The notes below the pieces were generated by a model. That model worked only from the letters and a program-made list of their open reading frames with translations, had not been told where the DNA came from and made no database searches. A DNA stretch of 64,000 nucleotides from Candidatus Omnitrophota bacterium (GTDB taxonomy: Bacteria; Omnitrophota; Gorgyraeia; 2-01-FULL-45-10): positions 5,037 to 69,036 of the forward strand of contig JAZDOS010000042.1 in assembly GCA_043798375.1 (NCBI GenBank), given 5' to 3'. This document shows, piece by piece, positions 57,940 through 64,000 of the stretch (the first letter of the stretch is position 1; each line of letters begins with the position of its first letter). The position numbers and the translations under genes are program-made.

Positions 57940-58902
57940 ATGTGGAGCTTGAAGATAAGGATGTGGCTTTTAACAGCGGTCCTGTTCGCGATAATCTACG
58001 CCGTAATATCGGCGATAAGTTATTTCCTCGGGATAAGAAATTTTTATTTTTATCTTATACTGTCATTTGCCATAATCTTTGTACAATACATGATCGGGCC
58101 GAAGATCGTCGAGTGGTCGATGCGCGTAAAGTATATAAAAGACGGCGAAAACCCCGGGCTGGAGTCTATGGTGAAGTCGCTTGCCGGGGCCGCAGGCATA
58201 CCCAGTCCGAGGATAGGGATTGCGCAGATCCCGATCCCGAACGCGTTTGCGTTCGGACGTACTATAAGAGATGGAAGAATCTGCGTTACCGAGGGGATCA
58301 TGAATCTGCTGGACAAAAATGAGTTGAAGGCGGTCCTCGGCCATGAGATGAGCCATATTAAAAACAGGGACGTTCTTACGATTACGCTCCTGTCGGTGAT
58401 ACCCATGATCCTATACCGTATCGCGTGGCAGTCCTTATTTTTCGGCCGCTCCAGGGACAGGTCCGGCGGCAACGCCGCGCTGGTCGGCCTTACGGCGTTT
58501 ATATTCTATTTTGTGACGAACCTTCTTGTCCTTTACGCCTCCAGGGTGCGGGAATATTTTGCCGACAAAGGCTCTGTGGACCTGGGAAACGATCCTTCGG
58601 CATTGGCGTCCGCGCTGTATAAGCTTGTCTATGGTTCGGCGAGGATGCCAAAAGAGGCATTGAAGGACGTCGAGGGCATGAAGGCGTTTTTCGCGAACGA
58701 CCCCTCGAAAGCCATTTCGGATTTAAAGGAACTTAAAGCGCTCGATCTGGACAAGTCAGGCACTATATCCGCCGATGAATTAAGCGCCCTGCAATCCCGG
58801 AACATCCGCCTGGGTTTCGGCGATAAACTGATGGAGCTTTTGAGCACCCACCCGAATATGCTGAAACGCATCGAACGCCTGAGTTATTGGGGAAAAGCTT
58901 GA
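57940..58902 (+). CDS. htpX: Zinc metalloprotease HtpX (M48)
   Basis: PNAFAFG, AVLGHEMSH, SRVREYFAD, STHP..KRI. Confidence 0.93.
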   Translation: MWSLKIRMWLLTAVLFAIIYAVISAISYFLGIRNFYFYLILSFAIIFVQYMIGPKIVEWSMRVKYIKDGENPGLESMVKSLAGAAGIPSPRIGIAQIPIPNAFAFGRTIRDGRICVTEGIMNLLDKNELKAVLGHEMSHIKNRDVLTITLLSVIPMILYRIAWQSLFFGRSRDRSGGNAALVGLTAFIFYFVTNLLVLYASRVREYFADKGSVDLGNDPSALASALYKLVYGSARMPKEALKDVEGMKAFFANDPSKAISDLKELKALDLDKSGTISADELSALQSRNIRLGFGDKLMELLSTHPNMLKRIERLSYWGKA

Positions 58903-59924
58903 AGTTCAATTTCGAAGCAACAGGCCTCGGAAGCGTTCCGTTCAAAGATCCCAAAGTTGCCTTGCGCGTAATATTCGAAAATTGTAAAGAAATCCCGTTC
59001 TGGCCGCAGCTTCCGAAAAGATCATTCCTCGAAAATATGTATGCCCAATACTCCGAACACCTGCCCGGGCTCGTCCTGGACGAGGCGAATAAGAGCCTGT
59101 ATATCGATACGACCGGGGTGGCGGAGACCGTGGAGGAGGTCTACGGGAAATATCTCGAAGGCGATACCGAATTTTTCAGGATGTCCGAGGATCGGGCGCC
59201 CGGTTTCTATCATTTTCTGGAAAGCCTCAAGAATCCCCCGAAAGAGATTAAATTCGTCAAAGGCCAGATAACGGGCCCGGTCAGCTTCGCCCTTTCCGTG
59301 ACCGACCAGAACAAGCGCGCCATAATCTACGATAAAGACCTCCTTGAAATTGTTACAAAGACGATGGTGATGAAGGCCAGATGGCAGGTGAGGAAACTTA
59401 AGAAGGCCTGGGCCTCGGTGATTATCTTTATAGACGAACCGTATCTGGTATCGATAGGCTCGAGCTACGTCAATATAAATGCTTCAACCGCTTTTGAAAA
59501 ACTCGACGAGGTTATAAAGGCCGTCAAGAGCGAGGGCGCCCTGGCGGGCCTCCACTGCTGCGGCAACACGGACTGGGGGCTTGTCCTGAAGAGCGATATT
59601 GACATATTGAGCTTCGACGCCTATAATTTTACGAAAGAGCTTGTCCTGTACGGGAACGAACTGAAGGATTTTTTTAATAGAGGCGGGACGGTCGCGTGGG
59701 GTATCGTCCCAAGCTCGGAGGCGATCGACAGCCAGACAAGAAAAAGCCTGAATCAGAAGATGGATTCGGTTTTATCGAGCCTGTCTGAAAAGGGGATATC
59801 GAAAGACAGCATATCGTCGATTATCACCCCGAGCTGCGGGGTGGGAACGCTTGATGAGGAGAGGGCTTTTAAAATTTTTGAGATGACAAAAACAATTTCA
59901 GAAAGTTTTCAAGAAAAACAATAA
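58899..59924 (+). CDS. Cobalamin-independent methionine synthase catalytic-domain-like protein
   Basis: TGLGSVP, PFWPQLP, KGQITGP, FIDEP, GLHCCG, ITPSCG. The start is TTG 58899 (overlapping the htpX stop) or 58887. Confidence 0.8.
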   Translation: MKFNFEATGLGSVPFKDPKVALRVIFENCKEIPFWPQLPKRSFLENMYAQYSEHLPGLVLDEANKSLYIDTTGVAETVEEVYGKYLEGDTEFFRMSEDRAPGFYHFLESLKNPPKEIKFVKGQITGPVSFALSVTDQNKRAIIYDKDLLEIVTKTMVMKARWQVRKLKKAWASVIIFIDEPYLVSIGSSYVNINASTAFEKLDEVIKAVKSEGALAGLHCCGNTDWGLVLKSDIDILSFDAYNFTKELVLYGNELKDFFNRGGTVAWGIVPSSEAIDSQTRKSLNQKMDSVLSSLSEKGISKDSISSIITPSCGVGTLDEERAFKIFEMTKTISESFQEKQ

Positions 59925-59934
59925 GTCAATCGCG

Positions 59935-60052
59935 GTTATTAGGAAATCAGGATATTGGGATTTGGAAATTGGGATATTTGGATATTGGGTTTTTGTACCA
60001 ATATCCTAATCCACAAATACCCAAATCCTGATATCCCAATCACCCATCACCC
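59935..60052. repeat. Inverted degenerate octamer array (GGATATTG)n ... (CAATATCC)n
   Basis: atcaggatattgggatttgg... is complementary to ...ccaatatcc...ccaaatcctgat. Confidence 0.8.
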
Positions 60053-60059
60053 TTTGCTT

Positions 60060-60974
60060 ATGGACGAAAAATATATAATAACACCCGTGTCTGGCACGAC
60101 AACCGTCAAGAACTACATGGGGCTTGACGAAGAATATTCGAGTTTCAAGAAATCGAAAGTCGCTATAATGCAGGTTCCGTATGACAGGACAACGACCTAT
60201 ATTCATGGCACCGCCAAAGGCCCCATGGCGATAATCGACGCGTCCAGATACATGGAGCTCTTCGACGATGAGCTGAACCAGGAGACGTACAAAATAGGCA
60301 TACATACGATGCCCCCGCTCGAAGTCGAAAAATTATCGCCGGAAGAAATGGTAGAAAAGGTCCGTGCCTCTTCGGCCGAACTCTTAAAATCGAATAAATT
60401 CCCGGTCCTTCTCGGCGGAGAACATTCCGTCTCGATAGGCGCGGTCAAGGCCTTCAAGGATGCATATCCCAATATCTCCGTCCTTCACCTGGACGCCCAT
60501 TGCGACATGAGGGACGAGTATTTCGGTTCGAAGCTAAACCACGGCTGTGTCGCGCGAAGGATGTCCGAGATCTGCCCTGTTGTGCAGGTCGGGACGCGGA
60601 GCATGTCAAAAGAAGAGAAGGATTTTCTCGGCAGTCAGGCCAACGGCAAGATTAAGACGATAAACGTATATGATATACTGGATAATCCTATGTGGAAGGA
60701 TGCCGCGACTAATAGCTTGAGCGAAAACGTTTATATCTCCATAGACCTTGACGTTTTTGACATATCTCTCGTTCCCGCGGTCGGAACTCCCGAACCCGGC
60801 GGGATCGGATGGTATGAGACGCTCGATCTTTTAATGGATGTGTCGAAGGATAAAAAAATAGTCGGATTTGACGTCGTCGAACTTTGCCCCATACAGGGAT
60901 CTCCTGCGTCCGACTTTCTGGCAGCCAAGCTCATTTACAGGCTTTTGGGGTATGTATTCGGCAGTAAGAGATAG
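60060..60974 (+). CDS. speB: Agmatinase
   Basis: GGEHS, HLDAHCD, SIDLDVFD, GTPEPGG. Start moved to ATG 60060 because the upstream part is repeat. Confidence 0.93.
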   Translation: MDEKYIITPVSGTTTVKNYMGLDEEYSSFKKSKVAIMQVPYDRTTTYIHGTAKGPMAIIDASRYMELFDDELNQETYKIGIHTMPPLEVEKLSPEEMVEKVRASSAELLKSNKFPVLLGGEHSVSIGAVKAFKDAYPNISVLHLDAHCDMRDEYFGSKLNHGCVARRMSEICPVVQVGTRSMSKEEKDFLGSQANGKIKTINVYDILDNPMWKDAATNSLSENVYISIDLDVFDISLVPAVGTPEPGGIGWYETLDLLMDVSKDKKIVGFDVVELCPIQGSPASDFLAAKLIYRLLGYVFGSKR

Positions 60975-60982
60975 GATTCAAG

Positions 60983-61552
60983 ATGCTCCTCGTTCCGCGT
61001 AAAAATTTATTGGTCCCGAAGAAGATATTCTTCACGAAAGGTGTCGGCACCCACAAGGCGGAGCTCCGGAGTTTCGAGCTTGCGCTTCGCGACGCGGGGA
61101 TAGAAAAATGCAATCTCGTCAAGGTATCGAGCATACTTCCGCCGGAATGCAAAGTGGTCTCCCGCAATGAGGGCCTGAGAGAGTTTTATGCCGGCATGAT
61201 AACATTCGCGGTAATATCCAGGTGCTCCGCCAACGAGCCGCACCGCCTTATCGCCGCCTCCATCGGCTGCGCGGTCCCGGCCGATCCCCACGCGCACGGA
61301 TACCTGAGCGAACACCACGCGTTCGGCCAGAATGAAAAAATAGCCGGCGACCTCGCCGAAGACCTCGCGGTAGAAATGTTGGCCTCTACGCTCGGGCTCG
61401 AATTCGACGAAGATAAGTCCTGGGACGAGAATAAGGAGATATACCACTTAAGCGATAAGATTGTCCGCACCTCCAACATCACGCAATCCGCGGTAATAGG
61501 CCCCGAAGGCAGTTTCTCCACGGTAGTCGCCGCAGCCGTATTCCTATTCTAG
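60983..61552 (+). CDS. pdaD: Pyruvoyl-dependent arginine decarboxylase
   Basis: SFELALRDAGI..CNLVKVSSILP (SS self-cleavage site), GYLSEH; adjacent to agmatinase. Confidence 0.92.
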   Translation: MLLVPRKNLLVPKKIFFTKGVGTHKAELRSFELALRDAGIEKCNLVKVSSILPPECKVVSRNEGLREFYAGMITFAVISRCSANEPHRLIAASIGCAVPADPHAHGYLSEHHAFGQNEKIAGDLAEDLAVEMLASTLGLEFDEDKSWDENKEIYHLSDKIVRTSNITQSAVIGPEGSFSTVVAAAVFLF

Positions 61553-61583
61553 AATTTTTCGGGGGCAGGACCCGAAAAATTTT
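61553..61583 (+). terminator. Hairpin after pdaD
   Basis: aatttttcggg-ggcagga-cccgaaaaatt followed by T residues. Confidence 0.55.
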
Positions 61584-61617
61584 CCTATATCAAATACGTA
61601 TTTGCTATAATACTACT

Positions 61618-62796
61618 ATGACCCGACGGATAGAGCTGCCATTTAAGGTAAGAAGGCCTATACTCGCCCTGGGAGCGGATTTGAAGGGGGCGTTTGCTGT
61701 TGCCTACGGCAGGGAAGCGATCCTCGTTGACGGATTCGGCGATCTTAGCGACCCCGACAATTTTACAATATACGAAAAGGCCGTTAAGTCCGAGTTGAAA
61801 AAGCTGAAGATAAAGCCTGGAATCGCAGCCTGCGATCTTCACCCCGGCTATTTTTCTACGCATTTTGCGGAGGAAATAAATGAGTCACACCCATTTATTT
61901 TCCCTTTTATCCCTAATTTAATCAGGGTACAACACCACGAAGCGCATATAGCAAGCGCTATCGTAGATCACGCCATCAAAGGTAAGGTTATAGGCGTCGC
62001 GTTAGACGGCACCGGCTACGGCTCTGACGGCTTTATCTGGGGCGGCGAATTCTTTGTCGGGGACCTGAAGAACTTTCACCGCGCCGCGCATTTCGAATAT
62101 GTCGCGATGCCCGGAGGCGATAAAGCTATACGTGAGCCATGGCGCATGGCCGTAAGCTATCTTTATCAAGCGTTCGGCAAGCGCGCGTTCAACAAGCGCG
62201 CGTTCGGCAAAAAATTTCTGAAGTTAAAGCCGAACTTTTTAAAAAATCTTCAAAAGAGGTGCCAGGCACCTTTATTAAAGATGATAGATAAGAATATCAA
62301 TTCGCCGCTCACGTCGAGCGTCGGAAGGTTATTCGATGCCGTCGGGAGCATCGTTTTGTCGAAACCCAATGCCAGATACGAGGCGGAACTTCCCATCGCC
62401 CTGGAAAAGCTCGCGGATCGCTTATGCGGCGATAGATACGATTTCGGTATTTGCAAAGAGGGTGGTTTAATGAAGATCGACAGCCGTAAAATCATAGAAG
62501 GGATTATGGGGGACATGAGAAGGGGGGTCAATAAGGGGTTAATATCGGGCAAGTTTCATAATACTATAAGCGTTATCATAGTCAGGATGGCGCTTACCCT
62601 GAGCAATAAATATAAGTCGCGGAATATTGTATTGAGCGGAGGGGTCTTCCAGAATCGTTTCTTGACGAAGAGAATAACCGAAATGCTTGCGGGGCCGGGA
62701 CCGAAGGCCTGGCTGCATTCGAAAGTTCCGACTAATGATTCAGGGATACCGATCGGTCAGATCGCGATCGCCAATGCGAGGGTAAAATGTGCTTAG
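61618..62796 (+). CDS. hypF: Short carbamoyltransferase HypF (Kae1-like domain only)
   Basis: ACDLHPGY, VQHHEAH, DGTGYG.DG.IWGGE, TSSVGRLFDA, SGGVFQN, PTNDSGI..GQ; lacks the ACP, Zn-finger and YrdC domains; TGnTATAAT lies just upstream. Confidence 0.9.
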   Translation: MTRRIELPFKVRRPILALGADLKGAFAVAYGREAILVDGFGDLSDPDNFTIYEKAVKSELKKLKIKPGIAACDLHPGYFSTHFAEEINESHPFIFPFIPNLIRVQHHEAHIASAIVDHAIKGKVIGVALDGTGYGSDGFIWGGEFFVGDLKNFHRAAHFEYVAMPGGDKAIREPWRMAVSYLYQAFGKRAFNKRAFGKKFLKLKPNFLKNLQKRCQAPLLKMIDKNINSPLTSSVGRLFDAVGSIVLSKPNARYEAELPIALEKLADRLCGDRYDFGICKEGGLMKIDSRKIIEGIMGDMRRGVNKGLISGKFHNTISVIIVRMALTLSNKYKSRNIVLSGGVFQNRFLTKRITEMLAGPGPKAWLHSKVPTNDSGIPIGQIAIANARVKCA

Positions 62797-62993
62797 GGAT
62801 ACCGATGAAGGTCATGAAAATAAGCGGGGATGAAGGGCTCGTCGAATCAGGCGGACTCAGGAAGCCGGCGAATTTTTCACTATTGAAGAACGTCAGGGCC
62901 GGCGATTACATCCTCATGCACGCGGGCTTTGCGATAGAAAAGATTAAGGAGTCCGAAGCGAAAAAAACACTTAAGGTTCTTAGAGAGTTATGA
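62787..62993 (+). CDS. hypC: Hydrogenase maturation chaperone HypC
   Basis: MCLGIP N-terminus; GDYILMHAGFAI. Confidence 0.96.
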   Translation: MCLGIPMKVMKISGDEGLVESGGLRKPANFSLLKNVRAGDYILMHAGFAIEKIKESEAKKTLKVLREL

Positions 62994-64000
62994 AATACGT
63001 CGACGAGTTCAGGGACGGGTATCTTATAGATAAGCTCGCGGCGGAGATCCGCAAAACCGTAGAGTCCGACCGCGCATATAAATTCATGGAAGTGTGCGGG
63101 ACGCACACGATGAACATATTCAGGTTCGGGCTAAAGGATATTCTGCCGGAAAATATACGCCTCATATCCGGCCCGGGGTGCCCCGTATGCGTTACGCCGA
63201 ATGAATTTATAGACAAAGCGATATGGCTCGCGAATCAGGATGGTGTTATAATAGCCACATTTGGAGATATGTTCAAGGTCCCGGGCTCACGCTCGAGCCT
63301 GGAAAAAGAGAAGGCCCGCGGCGCACAGATTAAGATGGTGTATTCGAGCATCGATGCGCTGTCCCTGGCAAAAAATAACCGAGACAAGGAAGTCGTTTTT
63401 CTAGGAATAGGTTTTGAGACGACGGCTCCGACGGTAGCGCAATCAGTTCTGGCGGCGAAAAAGGAAAAAATTAAAAATTATTCCGTATTATGCGGCCACA
63501 AGACGATGCCGGAGGCCATGAAGCTGCTGGCAGAGGACAAACTTGTTAACATTGGCGGGTTTTTATTACCCGGGCATGTAAGCGCTATAATAGGATCGAA
63601 GCCGTATGAATTTCTGGCAAAAAGATTCGGGAAGAGGTGCGTGATAGCGGGTTTTGAACCGGTAGATATTCTCCAGGCATTGCTTATGCTGATTAAGCAG
63701 AAAAAGCCGCAGGTTGATATTCAATACACAAGGGTCATCGATAGATCGGGTAACAGGTTAGCCCGAAAGACGATAGAAAAGGTTTTTGAAAAAACCGGGT
63801 CTATATGGCGCGGCATAGGCGCGATCGAAGATAGCGGACTAATATTTAAAAGTGAATTTTCGGAGTTTGATGCGGAGTCGAAATTCAATCCAAGGATAGA
63901 ATTGCCCAGGAAAGATAATGGCTGTTTCTGCGGCCAAATTCTCAAGGGCCTGAAGACACCGCTTGACTGCCGGCTCTTCGGCAGGGCCTGCAAACCGGAA
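62990..64000 (+). CDS. hypD: Hydrogenase maturation protein HypD (3'-truncated by the window edge; absent from the ORF track)
   Basis: ATG 62990 overlaps the hypC stop; MKYVDEFRD...MEVCGTHT...SGPGCPVCVTP...GIGFETTAP...LPGHVS. Confidence 0.96.
   Translation, partial: MKYVDEFRDGYLIDKLAAEIRKTVESDRAYKFMEVCGTHTMNIFRFGLKDILPENIRLISGPGCPVCVTPNEFIDKAIWLANQDGVIIATFGDMFKVPGSRSSLEKEKARGAQIKMVYSSIDALSLAKNNRDKEVVFLGIGFETTAPTVAQSVLAAKKEKIKNYSVLCGHKTMPEAMKLLAEDKLVNIGGFLLPGHVSAIIGSKPYEFLAKRFGKRCVIAGFEPVDILQALLMLIKQKKPQVDIQYTRVIDRSGNRLARKTIEKVFEKTGSIWRGIGAIEDSGLIFKSEFSEFDAESKFNPRIELPRKDNGCFCGQILKGLKTPLDCRLFGRACKPE

Noticed and set aside
214-63993. Many minus-strand and nested short ORFs in the track (e.g. 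3843..4535, 10595..11257, 56679..57437)
   Set aside because: They are shadows of well-supported + strand genes and have no recognisable motifs.

Overview
All credible genes in this 64-kb bacterial window lie on the + strand. The style (giant multi-enzyme ORFs, HypCDF, an outer-membrane barrel) suggests Candidatus Omnitrophota or a similar diderm lineage; this is inference. 1-34066: three giant proteins (>5700 aa and 5'-truncated, 3397 aa, 1973 aa). Each strings together cytoplasm-type enzyme domains behind an HExxH motif, and all end in a similar C-terminal tail. Giant 2 has a signal peptide and a fused GDP-mannose pathway (GMPP, PMM, cupin PGI-like, PMI). Giant 3 has a signal peptide, a glucan phosphorylase-like GT-B domain and a PFK domain. 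Giant 1 has a processive GT2 synthase plus HD, DUF692-like, 2H, NAGPA-like, HIT/GalT-like and HAD domains. 34134-57392: a beta-mannan/glucan-type carbohydrate locus (2 GH113, GH130, GH94, 2 CBM-like proteins, ABC and MFS transporters, PMM, GT2, ROK regulator, two-component system, OM barrel). 57545-64000: stand-alone MshEN protein, HtpX with an EF-hand, MetE-like protein, speB, pdaD, short hypF, hypC and partial hypD. The intergenic DNA is rich in structured repeats. These include a four-helix-bundle gene inside a stem-forming element that has four gene-less copies, inverted 7/8-mer arrays, nested palindromes, and palindromes inserted in-frame in genes. No rRNA, tRNA or CRISPR array was seen. 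Domain calls come from motifs read by eye, not from database searches.
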